Assembly: GCA_046563655.1 (NCBI GenBank)
Contig: CM102284.1
Span: forward strand, 5,890,001-5,954,000
DNA length: 64,000 bases
Reading direction: 5' to 3'
From: Yuukianura sp. NJ FZ-2021
Lineage: Eukaryota
Under the pieces are notes generated by a model. It worked only from the letters and a program-made list of their open reading frames with translations, was not told where the DNA came from and did not search any database. Shown here piece after piece: positions 25,901 to 39,873 of the stretch. The stretch's first letter is position 1, and every line of letters begins with the position of its first letter. The translations under genes and the position numbers were made by a program.

Positions 25901-28900
25901 AATGTCAAGTTGAGGTCGTTTTGAAAGTTGAAACTGGCGGCGGCAGTTTTCTTTGAAGAGGTCCAATAACGCCTAACTGCGAAAGAGAAGAATTGAAATT
26001 GTTAATTTTTATTTGGATTTTATGACTATTGATTTATGTCATTGTCTTTTTGACTGTTTCATGCTCATGTTCTAAAGCATTTGGAGCTCTCATGAGAGAA
26101 GAGGTCATTTAAAAGAATTAAGAGTGGTCAATAAGTTAGGTTGGAAGGAGTTAAGTTGAAGGAATGCTTAGGAGAGCATAAATTGCATAAATTGGCAGGG
26201 GAATTGGAATTGGAAGGGGGGTTAAGCCCCATTCCTACTGTGGCGGAAATTGTTTCGCCTTGTGAAGTTGCGCGGGGTAGGTGTGAAACGGGCTTTAGAG
26301 CTCGAAGAATGAAGAAAGTTTACGATGGATCCGCTGCTTCTGCATCTTTCACACAGTCAGTCGGTTAGGTTGAAGTTACTTTTTTGAATGAATTGCATAC
26401 TTTCGGGCTACGAACTTTGGTGGGAGGGTTATATAGAGGAGAATACTGCAGAAAACATAACATAAAGAGGAGGGTGGTTACTTGGGACCTTCAAAAACGC
26501 ACCACAGCACAGCAGAAGAAGAATGAAACAGGTTGTTCTGTTCAACTTGTAGGTTACATGAACATTACACACGCAAAGTAAGCAAAGGGGTTGATTTTTG
26601 TAGGGGATGAAGATGAAGTTTTGTAGTAATGTAGTAAGAACGAGAGGAAGGGGTGGAATACGACTCGTCACTGACTGGGGAAAATGGGAATGAGATTCCT
26701 CCATTTATTTGGGGTACTATAGAGGAGAAGGTGGGGTTTTTTGCTACTTTTTAACTTTGCAAAGTGCGTAAATTCTCTTCCTAACCTTTTAAACGAGTTG
26801 AATGTACGAAAATTGATTAAAGAAGCTATTGATTTTAACAACAAAAATAAATTGCTTTAGAAAATCGGAAAATTAGAAAAAACATAAAAATCGACGAAAC
26901 TCGGACATCCTGTGTGACATAGGCTTTATTTTTTTTTAAATTTGTAAAAGTTTAGTTCCGGTAAAAAATTATTCACTTTTGTTGATTGGGTAAAAAGTAT
27001 GTTCACAAATTACGTTCACGCGTGGGAAAATAGTTAAAAGGGTGATTTCAAATTGAATTTTCATTTTTTATTGTTTTTGATTTTTTTTTTGAAATGTTGC
27101 AAACACTACGGAGGAGGAAGTCCTCCGGAGGAATTTTTTTCTGGGGAGTTTGAGCTGAATTTATGCGTTTATGCGTATTGTGTAGGATTAATTCTGTAAA
27201 AAGTTCCTTTTCGAAATATCCTTCTCTTTTCTGCGTGTCGTTTGAGTCACTGCCAGGCCTTTTTTTCGCTATAGTTTAGTCATTTAGTCAAAAGAATAAG
27301 TTGAAAGTCGGTGTATTAAGAGATGTATCCATCCTGTTTTGCTGGAACTCTGTTTTGGTATCTCCTCGAGTACTAAAAGTTGTATGTATGAAAGTTGAGT
27401 CAGTTTGTTAGCGTGTCTCTGATAGTATAGTGCGTTTTTTGTATTAAAGTCCTTGTTGTTGGGGGGAATTTTGTGCGTATGAGGTCCTCTTCTGTATTGA
27501 AACTGTAGACTGCCAGGCAGCTAAACTTGTATTTTCGGGTGGTTGGTTGGTATTAGAAAGGGCTTTCAAGTCCGTCGTCGTTCGTACGTACTCCCAGTTC
27601 TGCTAAAGTTCCCAGCAGTGCGTTTGTTGTGCTCATTTGAATTCCTATGCGTATTCCCTCCCCACCACCAGCAACACATTCGCATGAACTGTCTTCTTTT
27701 TTTTTCTTCTTTCAAACACTTACTTTTGGTCTTCTTCTGACTTTATCTTGTTCCGTCTCGAAACATTCCTCACAACCCCTTAGTTTTACCTTTGCCGTCA
27801 GCCGACAAGGACTGAGGGTGTGAGAAGGCCTTAACAACAATAATTTTCAACCAGCAGTGCTGTACTTGTGTATTGAAAACAATCGCAACCCAGCCTTTAA
27901 CACTCTAACCCTATTGTTTTCTCAGAGTTTAAACACAAAGTTTTATTAGTGTTTTGATTGTTTACAAATTACTCTTCTTTTGAAGTGGACCCCCCTCCCC
28001 CCAACCAACACTTCTGTGTACATAAGATACTGCGGACACCACTGCTCCAATTTTTATGAATGGCATAGTTTGTAAAGAGCCCCGTAAAGTGATAATGGAC
28101 TGGAGTGATGGGACTGCGGGTGACAACCAGTTGTACGACATCACCCAACCCTGTTTTCCCCATGCTCAATGTCCACTCAGTGCCTCGGCAGTACTACTTG
28201 CTGACCCATTGTCACTGTTTTCGAATGGAGATGAATGGACAAAGTCCCGGAACAGTTTTAGGGTGGCACACATCCACTTCTGCTGGTCCCTTGAAATGTT
28301 AAGGTTCGGATGATGATAAGTAACGGGAGACGTGATTTGGTGTTATCGATACGAATTTGAAGTGGACTTGTAAAAGTAACAAGGAAGGATAGGATGTAAA
28401 GTTTCTTCTGTGTTTGTTCGGGTGACTGACAGTTAAGTAGCAGTGGATTTGTATGGACATTGAACAGTTTTGTTTGTTGGGCAGCGAAAACTGGACTGAA
28501 GTGGATGTTTTGTTGATGGTGGTGGTGAAAAGCGGTCACCGAGAGAGTTTAGGTCACCAAACGAAATCAAAGAGAAAGTTTAGGGAGAAAGTTCAAAACA
28601 AAATTAAAACAAATTTAATATGTTCCTTGCCTTTTCGAGTTTATTTCTGACCTGGTGGAATCCCTCCTTGAAGAAAAAACAAAGTTCAAATTGTACAAAT
28701 TTTATAATTTAGTAAAAATTGAAAAGAAAAATTAAGTTTTAGGCTTATTGTTTGTTATTATTGTTGAGAACTTTTTTGGACTTTGGTGAAAGAACCTGTT
28801 GGCATCAGCCTTAAGTGAATTTGCTCAGAAAAGAAAGTTTTTGTACAAAAAAGAGGGAAAGAGAAAATGTGGCAAGGAAGTAGCGGTGGTGGTGGAGGGG

Positions 28901-31900
28901 GGCATCATATGCCCCACCATCATCAGGCGGGGCAGCAACAACGGTATCATGGCGGGGCTAGTGGTGGAGACGTTGGTGGTGAGGAATCTAGTTTTGACAC
29001 TGGAGCTTGGATGTGGGGCCTAGGTTCGATGTTTTTTATTTGATTTTTAGTTTTTAAATATTTTAGTTTCATTTTAGTTTTACAAGAATCATTAGTTTAT
29101 TTTATGGTTTCCATCAAATTCCTTTTCGGACTTTTTGTTTCGATTTTTTTCAAGCTCATTTTCGATCACTTTGCTGAGTTTGTAAGTTGATTTTAATTGG
29201 TTGTGGTTCTTTGGATTTGTTTTGTTGATGATGATGATAGATTACGTTTTACATTATTGTAACAAAGGCTTCCTCCATAATTATTTTGAACAGCAGTACT
29301 TGAAGTAGAGGGAAGATTTTCAGTTTTAGGATCACATCCGCATGTGGTTTTTGAAAAATTTTCAGAATCTGAAAGTGAGAAAGTGAATCCAATAAATATT
29401 GGAAGTTATGGACGTTTTTATGCCATGTTTTCACTGACTAGAAATGGATAAAATTATTCCCCTCTTGTGTCTGTTTTAGAATGATAGAGAGAATTTGTAC
29501 GTTTAGAAAGGAATGGATGAGCTGTAAGCGCTGAAAAACGCTTTCAAAAAAAGCGTCACCCCTTCCTAATTCCCCCCAAAAAAAGAAGATGAGCCTTCAG
29601 TTGTTGTTTTGTGGTGATGTGCGTAACATGTGGATGAAGGAGAGAATGAGGCAATTTAAAAAACTCCACGTGTGGTAGGATGGAGATCGTGTAGCCTTCC
29701 AGGAACATTGGACTCCGTCTATAGCCCAGCACACACACACTGTATTTTGTGTGTCTATTATGCGACATTTTATTTAAGTTGATGATTCTCCAGCAACGCA
29801 TCTACGCATCTCCCAGAAAACACATACTACTAAAAGTTTTCTATTTCATTCTGGGATCCTTGGAATAGTCTACACACTTTTAGTAAGTCTTGCTGGCTAG
29901 AGATCTGCTGTAGATGATGATGATGATGTGCGTGAAGAAGAAAAAAAAGTGAAGTGCGTTGCTCTTAATGGGATTCTATACACAAAATAGTCTCATCACA
30001 GAAGGCTAAAAACACAATGCAAAAGCTGGGTTTGGGTTTTGGTTTTTTGAGGATTATTTCTTGGTAGTTACTTCTTTTTACTGTGTTACTAATTGCGTAA
30101 AACTGAAAGGATTTGAGGCATTGTTCTCCTTCCTCTTAAACCTGCATTCTCGAAAAGTTATATTTTCTATTGTTAATTTACTGGAACGCATGAAAAGGAG
30201 ACAAGTAGAAGATGTATGAAGGAAAGTCTTTCACTAACTCCATTTCCTAAGACATGTTAACTGCTGAAATAGAAGAATCAATGAAGTGTGTAGTCAGAAG
30301 TATACAGATGAAGAGGTTTTTAAAGGAAATGGGAGTGGACACAACGTAGTTTGTTTTGCTGGGTTCAAGAAGTTTATGTCGCCAAAAGTTTAGGAAAAGT
30401 TAGGCGTAGCTTAAGGAAGATAGAAAAAAGGAAACCGCGGAAAAGTTATTATTTATTGTTGATAAATGTGACTGGTCATACTTTATTTTTTGAAAAAATA
30501 GCGATGACGGAGGTGGATGAAGTTTTCTGCGTACTATGGTGAATGTCCTGATGTGGTTTTAAGGGCAATGTCCAGCAAAGCTAAAAAAAGAGAGGAAATG
30601 TAGGTCAATTCAGAAGGACGAAGACAAAGAAAATGTTCTTTAGGCAAAAAAAACGCGATAGAGTTAAGGCTAAACTAGTTCAGTTTCTAAGTAAAGTCAT
30701 CTTTGGATTTCTGCGCCTTGGGTTTTGTGGACAGACGGGTCGAGTCCATAGCTTTAGGTGGTGCCAACCTCAATTTTACATCTTCAAAATTTTCAAAAGT
30801 AAATCTTACGTGTAACGTCAAAATTGCGTCGTCTTTGTTTGGTTTGCACTGCGACGAAGTAAAAGTTTTGTGGACACAGTGGTGTAAATCAAAAAAAAAA
30901 TTGAAAAAAGAAATGGAACTAGGAGAAAGTTTGCGCAGGGGAGGATAAAAAAATTATAAGAATTTTTTTTGGATTCGGTTTAAAATTGGCGTTTTGAAGT
31001 GACCTTGACAGGGGAAGTGATTTTTAGATGGAATTGGACAAGAAGTCGTTGAACTTCAAATTGAAAATGGCAGGTTAGAGTCTTTCGTAATCATAAGTTG
31101 ATTGTGTTTGTTGAATTTTGGTAACAGATGGAAATGCGTACAAAATTTTGTACTTTTTTGTAATACAAATGTCTTGAAAAAGTGGAGTGCAGACAGGTGT
31201 AACGGAAATTGAAATTTTGATGTATGCGCGTTGTAGAATTGTTAAAACAAAATATTAGGCTATGTATATTGTAACTTGTAGCTTTTTGATTCAGTTTTTG
31301 AAATTGACCTTAACCTGTTCGTTTTTTTTTAAATTGCAGGTACGGGTGAGGAGCAGGAGCTGGCCTCCAAGATGCTCCAGATTCAGTCGAAGCGATTCTA
31401 TCTAGACGTGAAAGAGAATCCTAGAGGACGCTTCATCAAAGTTGCGGAGATTGGTGCTGATGGACGGCGTAGTCAAATCTACTTGGCTCTCTCAACTGCA
31501 GCAGAGTTTCGGGATCATCTTTCCTCCTTTAGTGACTTTTATGCCTCACTTGGACCACCTAATCCAGAAAATGTACCCGAAGATGGGAAACTCAAGTCCG
31601 AAGTCATGGTCAAAACAAATCGACGTTACTATCTGGATCTAAAGGTACCGCAGTCGCTGTAGGGGGCAATTCCATTTAAAACAACCAATATTAATTGAGT
31701 TTTTGATTTTCGAACCCATATTTAGTGCGTGAAAGTTCGAAACCGATGTGGGTAAAACCGAAACGTGAAACGGGATAAACAAGTTGCAAAAATGTCAGCG
31801 AAAATTTCAAAACATTTATCGTTTGTTTTTTAGATAAAATTTAAAAATTTCACTTTGCAGATGCTTTAATTCCACGAAAGGTTTTGAAATATGTCAGTTT

Positions 31901-34900
31901 GTTGTTGTTTTGCAAGTTTTGTGTTGACATATTTGCGATTGGGAGGAAAAGCGTGGGAAGCGGAGAAAGTTAGGAGGCGGCGGAGGAGAAAGTGTGTGAG
32001 ATGAGATATTGAAGATGATGTGACGGTGATTTAGACATAAACGTCCAAAGATGGGATGCTGTTGGCAGGATCTTTGTTTTTTTGTTTTGTTTTGATGATT
32101 ACTCAGCTGGAAGGGAGTAATTTGATGTTACAGGAAGAAGACGGTTTACATGCCGTCGTTTCGTCCTTTACGTTCATGATAAATTAGGTGTAGGCTGAAG
32201 TAGTATTCTTGTGTCTAAATATGGTCAAAAGTTATTCCATTGTTGGACACCACCACAGTATTGTGTGTCTTGTAATTGTTAAGTCTCACCACTTTAAACA
32301 GTTCTTGGTCCTGTCCGCCTGTCCTAGTCCCACACACTCAAACACTCTGATGTCATTCCTTTAGTCGTCATCTTTTCCCCATCTCAAGATCAAGTTTTAA
32401 AAAGCGAAGGCGGCTTTTGTTTCATTTCCAAAAGAAAATCTTGTCCTGATTTTACTCAACTTTTCCCAAAACGAATCCGGAATTGAATGAGATTGAGGAA
32501 CTGAATTTGAAAATCTTGACTAATTTTTTTGTTATTTGATTTTGTGCGTTTTCAGGAAAATTCGCGTGGAAGATTTCTAAGGGTTTCTCAAACGATTTCA
32601 CGTGGAGGGCCTAGATCCCAAATTGCTATTCCTGCCCAAGGTAAAAAAAAAAACTCGAAGCAGAGAATTTTGAAATCTAAAATTTTAACTTCTTTTAGAA
32701 GTTTCAGAATTGACTGTGTTTTGTCGAAAAAAATTATTAAAATTTTTGTTTTTTTATGGTTTGTAGGGATGATTGAATTTCGAGATGCTCTAACGGATTT
32801 GCTCGAAGAATTTGGAACAGAAGATGGAGGATTTCGTGGTGAACTGCCAGAGGGAAGACATCTGAGAGTGGATAATAAAATCTTCTATTTTGACATTGGT
32901 CAAAATAATCGAGGTGTCTTTATGCGAGTGTCAGAAGTAAGTAAAAAAAACAGACATACAATAGTACTACTAACAAAAACACGAAACAAGATTTTGGAAA
33001 TTCCTGGCTACTTTTTATGTTTTTTCGTTTCACCCTAAACATTTTCTTCTTTATACAAACAATCGAGTCGGTTTTGAAGCCTTTGTTCTGTTGCCGTCAA
33101 AGTGTCTGTTTGGTTGCATAATAAGTTTTGTCCAGAAAAATTCCGAGGAAGATCTTCTTGTTTTGTGGCTTCTTGAAAATCCAGCTCAGGTTTCTCATCA
33201 GAATGAAAAAGCGAGGAAGTTGGGAAGGATGAGACTCGTTGTCATTCTGAAATCGAGCTGTCGCTGGGTGCGCATAACTCTTGTACAGCATAAAATTGCA
33301 TTCCATTTGATTCTGTTTACCTTTTTAATATAATTCCAAATCTCTTGCGGTGGTTTGTGGTAGTGTGAGAAGTTAAGAATCTAGAAAACCAGAGGGGAAA
33401 GGAATGTGTTTCAAAAACTGGATTTCAATTTTTTTTAAAGATGAGATTTTGCTTAAGAGAGAAGGAAGATGATGATGTGTTTAGGGAGCCTATGAACATT
33501 TTTTCATCATCATCTTTTCTGTCTATTTTATTACCACTTCACGTGTTGAAGTAAAGCTTCAACCCAAGAAAGATCTTTGGCAGTAATATGAACAGAGAAT
33601 AACCGATCTTCTTCCTTCACCCGCCTCTTTACTTGATCGTCCACTTCACTTAAGGACTAGGCGGAGGAATTTAATGGAAGATTGGAATTCTGGCAAGACT
33701 TTTTAGTAGGCTTCCAACATCCTCCTCATTCAGCACAGCTTTAACGCATTTAATTATTTAGGAAAAATGGAAAATGGCGAATTTTTTCCCTCCCCTTAAA
33801 ATTTTTTAAAGTAGTGCGTACTTGGCGCATGGTGGTGAGGGGGTGGGGGAGGCAAATTGAAAATAATATGAAATTATGTAACTCTTTTTTCACACCTGCA
33901 GTTAGTAATTCTTACTTACTTTGGAGCAGTGATTTTAGGCATTTTGGGCATGCAGAATGCTTAATTTGTAATGTGTGGTAGCAGAATGTGAAGGATTTTG
34001 TAGGAAATGAGGAAAGAATAGAAAAACGGAATTGAATTAGTAGTAAATTTTCGTCTTAAAAATGTAAAGTAAAAAGCTATTAGAATTTTTGAATTAATGG
34101 AACTAATTATTTTTCGAGAGCGAATGTGTTTTGTTTTTAAAAAGTTTCAAATTTTTTGGAAGGGCAGGCACGTGAACGGGTGCTTTGGATTTTTGAAGAA
34201 TTCAAATTGGTTCTTTAACGTTTATGTTGTGACTATTGAATTTATGTTTATGCGTAAGAGAAGTTTAAAAGGGTGAGAGGTCACGCGTGTTGTCCTTTTC
34301 CAATGTCTATTACACCTATTTAAGTCTTTGACAGGGAGTGACAGTTAACATTGTAATGAAAAATGTAAACAAAACTTCATTCTGCAAAAGTTTTTTCAGT
34401 TTTAGATGTTTCAACAAGGAGAGACAGAGATTAAGAAGTGACAGGTTTTGAACCGTGGCCATTTTGAAGATTTAACCTTTCCCGGTTTAGTCTTTTGATG
34501 CGTTCCGCTGTCATTGTCTTTGGATAACTGCAAAGGACATTAATCTATTGTTCATTAGAAGATATTTAAAGAAACGTACAAGTTTATGTACTAAAGTTGA
34601 GAACAAAGTAACAAGCTTGAGTTGGAACTTTTAGTAGTGTTTGGAAATGTTGTTTGAACAATTTTTTAAACAGGATTTTGGGTGACAAAGCTTTAGTGAA
34701 CTGAAGTACAGCAATTATTTTTCAAACCTTAAAGTTGGCAAGTCGTCTGTTCCGGTTCGATAGGATTTTGGTATTATTGGCTTGCTGTTGGCAAGTTACA
34801 TATAAAAGTTAGGCTAGTTTGGGCAAGAGATGAAAATAGTTGTCGCTCTGCCTTGTGTAGTGCGTGTGACTTTCTAAAAAAGTAGTTGGGTGCGTAATAA

Positions 34901-35446
34901 ATGTCAGGGGACGGTAGTGAAGGAGTAATAGGCACGAGAATTCGTTTTATGAATCGTTTGGAACAGTTGTAACTTTCGTAAAAAAAAAGTTACAAAGTTT
35001 GGCTGTACCATTCAAAAACAAGAAGTTTTTTGAGGAGAGAGAGGAAATGGAGGCGTTGATGGGAGAATGGAGAAAACCGATTCGGCATTCCTTGACTCTG
35101 GTTTTTAGTCTTGGAATCGCCCATTTAATTTCTAGGCTGCGTTGACATTTGAAATGATTAATTACACCTTTTATGTGTGTCCTTTTGTTTCTAATTCTTG
35201 GTTTCGTTTGTGTCTCTTTAGGTGAAGACGAATTTCCGGAATGCCATAACCATTCCTGAAAAATCTTGGTCGCGATTCCGTGACATCTTCTCCGAGTACG
35301 TGGACAAATTGAAGGAAGGTGGTGGTGGGGGCGGCGGTGGGGCAGGAGGAAGTTCTTCGGGTGGGGCAGCAGGGGGGTCGACGTCCACTACTGAAGTTCC
35401 TCCCTCCACGACTGCCACTGCTGCTTCTGGTGACCCACCCAAATAG
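4966..35446 (+). CDS. Pur-alpha: Transcriptional activator/RNA-binding protein Pur-alpha; coding exons 4966-5026, 31340-31644, 32556-32640, 32767-32936, 35222-35446
   Basis: Three PUR repeats ([94 protein letters not shown]). The first exon [20 protein letters not shown] ends G|GTAAGC in phase 1, matching the acceptor at 31340. The core is certain; linkage of the first exon is inferred. Confidence 0.93.
11206..11780 (-). mobile_element. Decayed pogo/Tc2-type (DDE_1) DNA transposon fragment with one terminal repeat
   Basis: Frameshifted transposase motifs [21 protein letters not shown] / [49 protein letters not shown]. The minus strand begins TA-CCGTATTTTCGCGTCTATAATACGC at 11780, a Tc2/pogo-like terminus. 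Confidence 0.85.
11782..12430. repeat. Degenerate T-rich tandem array built on TTGACAA/TTGTCAA words
   Basis: Recurring aatttgacaatttttggaatttg...gtcaattttctaaag...tatttgactttttt units. Confidence 0.75.
18171..18372 (+). CDS. Pur-alpha: Putative alternative first coding exon of Pur-alpha (ATG at 18171 or 18180)
   Basis: GC-richer open frame [30 protein letters not shown]...FPISHW ending A|GTATGT in phase 1, in frame with the exon at 31340. Confidence 0.55.
28867..28978 (+). CDS. Pur-alpha: Putative alternative first (or cassette, from 28829) coding exon of Pur-alpha
   Basis: [37 protein letters not shown] ending G|GTGAGG in phase 1. A second phase-1 donor-like GTTCGA lies ~45 nt further on. 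Confidence 0.6.
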
Positions 35447-38400
35447 AAAACTAAAAACCAAAAAATCCTCCTAAGTCCTTGAGAAGCTGCGCTGGAAAAA
35501 AAATTATCCTTTAAAGAAAAATCAAGTATCCAAATCCGGAAATTTATGAAGAAATAATCAAATCAAATCTCCTCCAATGCTCTCATTATCATCGTCAAAA
35601 CAGAAAATTACGTGAAAAAGAAAGAAGAAAAAAAATGAAGATGAAACAAAATTGCGCTAAGGCTCACCGTGCGTCAAAGTTACATAAACAGTCAGTCATC
35701 CATCAGTCGTCGTCGTTTTCATCTTCGTTGAGTTTTTTTTTCTAGAAAAGTAAATGCTAATGGGATCGGTTTTTTTTCTTTTTTGCTATTTTTAAGTTGG
35801 AAGGTTTTCTCCTTGCCCTTCGTTTTTAGTTGCGTTTGTGCCGTAAAAATATCGAAATTAGCAGGATTTGATTTAAATAAGCAGGCTGATTGCGCTCTCG
35901 AGAAATGTAATGATCAACTTTAAACAGGAGCACAAAACAACAATTTCTTGTTTCGAAAAACTGTTCTAACGTTCAGTTTCTTTTCTAATGTTTAGATTTA
36001 TTTTTAAGTTTTTAGAAAAAATCGTTCTGCTTTTTTCTTGCCGACTTCAGAAATAATTTCGAGAAAGCGCATATTATCAATCGTTTTACCGCAAAATCCC
36101 GCTCTTAGTTTTTTGTAAGTTTTAGCTGTTTTATCGTTATCGTGTCAATTGCTTTTGTAGAACTCCTTAAACCCTTTTGGATTTAATCACAATTTAATAT
36201 TACAAGTTTAACTTTAAACTAATGTTTTTCTCAAGACTGTCACGTTTTATTTTTGCATGAAAATCACAATTCTGAAAGAGAGAGAAGAAAATGGATTTTT
36301 AGAAAAAGTTATGTTCTAAATTGTAAAACGGTATGGATGTGTTTAAAAACTCTGGAACTGGGAAAGAAGCTTTAAACGAAAACTTTTTTTTTTGAAACTT
36401 TCAAAAAAATGCTAAAGTGCTTTAAAAACACATTAGAAAACGTTGCTAAGTTTTGTGGTTAAATTATAATTAATGCCCCTTGTAAATTACGGTGATATTA
36501 TAATTTTTTGTCTTTGAATTTTTTTTTCATAACGATTTCGACGATTTTTAAATTGACGATTCAAAATTTCCTCTCTTTAAAAACCGGTTATCTAAATTTT
36601 TTGTTCTAAATTTTCCTTCATTGCAATTTGAAGCAAGGAATTTAAAGAGATAAAGTACGAAAATTTCAATTTCAAATTCTCAAAAGCAAAAACTAAACGT
36701 CATTTTGTTAAATTTTTGAACAATTTGAACACACGTGGACCCGCTCTGTTGTGGAAATCTTTAAAAAAAATCTGTTTGGCGGAGAATGAGAGATACGGAA
36801 AAGTACCTTAACTTACAATTAGTTAAAATAATTAATTAATGTAACAAAAGGAATTTAATGAATGTCGTGGTTGCATTTAACTTAAAACTACCCAGTTAGA
36901 CGTGTAAAAAGTCAAAAAAACGACTCTTGTCTTTAATTTGTAAAATTAGGTGGGGAAAAGGTGTGGAACTTACAATTTGTTAAACAAAACTTTCAATTGT
37001 TGACAACAATTTCTTAATTTGTGGGATTTTAATTCGTAATTGGGGAAAACTAATTAATTTTAACTATACAAAACTGCCTCCTAATTTAGAGGAAAGAAAT
37101 TTTTCCGTTTAAACGTGTTTTAAAATTAGGGTTTAGAAGAAAATTTTAATTTAGAACAAATTTTGAATTTGTGTGCTTGCCAGGAATGGGTTTTTGTTTA
37201 AGAAAATTTTTTCTCTCCTTCATCACTGCCAAGGATCAGTCTGAGAAAAAAATTAAGAATCTTAAGAGCCGATGATGTTAATTATTAATTAAAATAACTC
37301 TTAAAAGAGAACTCGAATTAGAATGTGTTAACAAAAGGCAAGGTCGAAAATATTAAGTTTTGAAAATTTAAGTTTTTAGGTATTCTAAATTTTGCGTTTT
37401 TATCATTCTTTTTCAGAATTTGGGATTGTTTTGCGCTCTTTTCCAAACCTTTTTTCAAAATGACAACGTATAACCTCACAGTTTCAAAAAAAAATTGTCT
37501 TTGCCTTTTGGATTGAGTTGCTGAACGAGAAGAAAAAACGTTTTAGGAGTTACGAACTCAAGACGGGATCTAATACTGCCGCTATCTTAATTTGTAACGT
37601 GTTAAGTTTATTGTTATTTATGTTTAGGAATATATTTCAAATTATATATAATATAATATTAATAGAAATATAAAATTGAAAAAAATAAAGGAAGGTAGTG
37701 ATACGAACGTGACAATGTAGTTATTTTAGAAATGTTAAAAAAGTGTGTTAGAAATGCCATTTTTCAAAACAACTGCAAAAACACATTTTGAAAACCGGAA
37801 AACTGCCCATCATTCAATTTAAAAAATTGCTTCAATGAGCCTAGAAAAAAAGAATCGACGTCTTTCCTCTCTTCCCAACTAAAACTTAAAATGGAATCAT
37901 CACCAAAATAAGTACTAACTATTAATTACTAATTAACTGCCATTTTAATTAACTTTGTGTAACCTTTGAGTAAAATCTCCTTGTACGTTCGTTTGTTGGT
38001 CCCTACTAAATTTCAAATTTAATTTTAGGCACTTGACATTATGTTAAAACTTGTAATTTTTAATTTGTTTTTGTTTAGAATGCATTTAATTGTTTGGGTA
38101 AGATGTGTTAGGCAAAGAAGGGGGAAATGGATCGGTTCTTGAGAACAAATTGTAAAAGGAATTTGGAAAAAATTACTAAAAAATTATTTAAATTTGAAAC
38201 ATAGAAATAATATATTTAATTTCACTAAATCTGCACGTGGATCGGCAGGCAGGGTTAAAGTTCTAGAGTGTAACCTAGGTTAACTTTAAATTGTTAAGTT
38301 GTTCAATTCTCCAGTTGGAATTGACAAAGGTGAAACAACGGGTCAAATCGGATTGTTAAGGTCAACTTAGAAAAGTTAAGGTCAAAGGTCATGGTAAAAG

Positions 38401-39350
38401 TGGAAGTGTCTAAAAAAGTGTTTGAAGTGTTTAAGAAATCTTACCCATCCAAATAAATTTATGGTGCTTGGTAAATATGTGGGAGTTAAAAATTTAAAGT
38501 AAGTTGTGGAAATTGTAATCAATTTAAAAACTTGTGACTTACGGAAGAGAAATTTTTAGAAAATGTGAAAGCTTTAAAATTCATGTCATTTTTTTGTTTT
38601 CAAATATTTTGAAACACTTTGTTCTAGTTTGATGCTGGAAGGGAGTTGGTGGAAAAAAAAGTGTTGGATAAGGACGAGACCAAAAAATTTGTTTTAATTT
38701 TAGTAAAATTGTTTCAAAAATTATGTTTAGAAAATCACAACTAGTGTATTAAGTGTCTAAATTTAAGAACTCACCCTTCCTTGTTTTAGTAGGAACCAAC
38801 AGAGCGAAAGGAAAAATTGACTTCTTACATTGTTTTCAAAATTGTCACTCCAATTTCAAAATTTCCAAAAACGAGAAGAGGAACCGTTAGGAACTCAATC
38901 TTACAACACTGCCATGGCCAACTGAGGTCACAGGTCAAAAAGTGATTTGAATTAAGTTGTTGAATGGGGAGAACGTTACGATTTGTTCTTTTTTAAAACA
39001 TTTTAAACAACTTGGGTTAATTTTTGCTTAAAATGTTTCCGTTTTAAACTTACGGTAAATCAAATATTCACTCGAAAGCACGTACGTACCATACCATAAA
39101 TACATAATTAACTACTAATTAGTTTGTCCCAAGTCCCTTAAAGTTCATTCACAGAACTTGAGTTGTCTTTTTATTTGATTAATTGAATTAGTTAACAGTG
39201 TGTAGTGTCCCTTTGTGTTCTGGACAAAAGAATAACTGCTGATGAGTTATTAAGTGGCAGGTTAAAAATCCTTAAATCGCTCTTTAGAACGGATTTGTAT
39301 GTTCTCCTCTTTTTATAGGAACAAAAATATTAAATAAAAGTGAAATAAAC
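35447..39350 (+). other. Probable ~3.9 kb AU-rich 3' UTR of Pur-alpha
   Basis: No ORF of 60 aa or more in the track after the stop; two AATAAA signals at ~39333 and ~39344. Confidence 0.5.
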
Positions 39351-39646
39351 TGAATTAAAACGAAAATTCGCCTGTTTTTGGTTGCAGAAGTGTCCTGAAT
39401 TATTTTGATGCAAAAACACACAACTTGAAGCGTCATCAACATATGTAGTAGATCTCGTTGTTCAATTTTTCGAAATTTGCAAAAATTTAGAAAGTAAGCG
39501 TATTTTTGCGAAATTTTTGCACTAAAGTGTGCGCAGTATTATTTTGCAGCTTGGACAGGTCGATGGAATCAAAGAAATTGCAATAAAGTTAAAATTTTTA
39601 GAATTTTCTAAAATTGGAATTGCCCTTGTATTTTTGAAAGTTTTTG

Positions 39647-39873
39647 AAGAGTCTTTTACATGGGAGGCCTTTGGGAGAGGAGAAAAGTAGATCGGAGATT
39701 ATACGAAGCGAAGAGGCGAGATAGGTCTTTTGCTCTTCTCTGCTTTTTGTATGGGAAGGCCGCCAGCGGGAAAAAAGTTGAGGAAGGAGAGGAGCCTTTC
39801 TGACTCGCCTAATCTCCGCATAGCTCCGCACAGTTTCCAAGCAGAGCCTACCCCTCTACAATGTAAATCTCTT
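39647..39873 (+). other. Duplicated GC-rich structured element, copy 1 (unknown ncRNA or MITE-like)
   Basis: Direct repeat of 40617-40843 at an offset of 970 bp; 3 mismatches over 39647-39799; ends are inverted repeats. Confidence 0.7.

Noticed and set aside
39805-39818. CCTAA in the duplicated element as a telomerase RNA template for TTAGG
   Set aside because: It reads CCTAAT, lacking the extra permuted base(s) (CCTAAC) a template needs.
39598-39840. 80-aa minus-strand ORF across copy 1 of the duplicated element
   Set aside because: Non-ATG start that is not preserved in copy 2; the substitutions fit plus-strand RNA pairing better than codon conservation.
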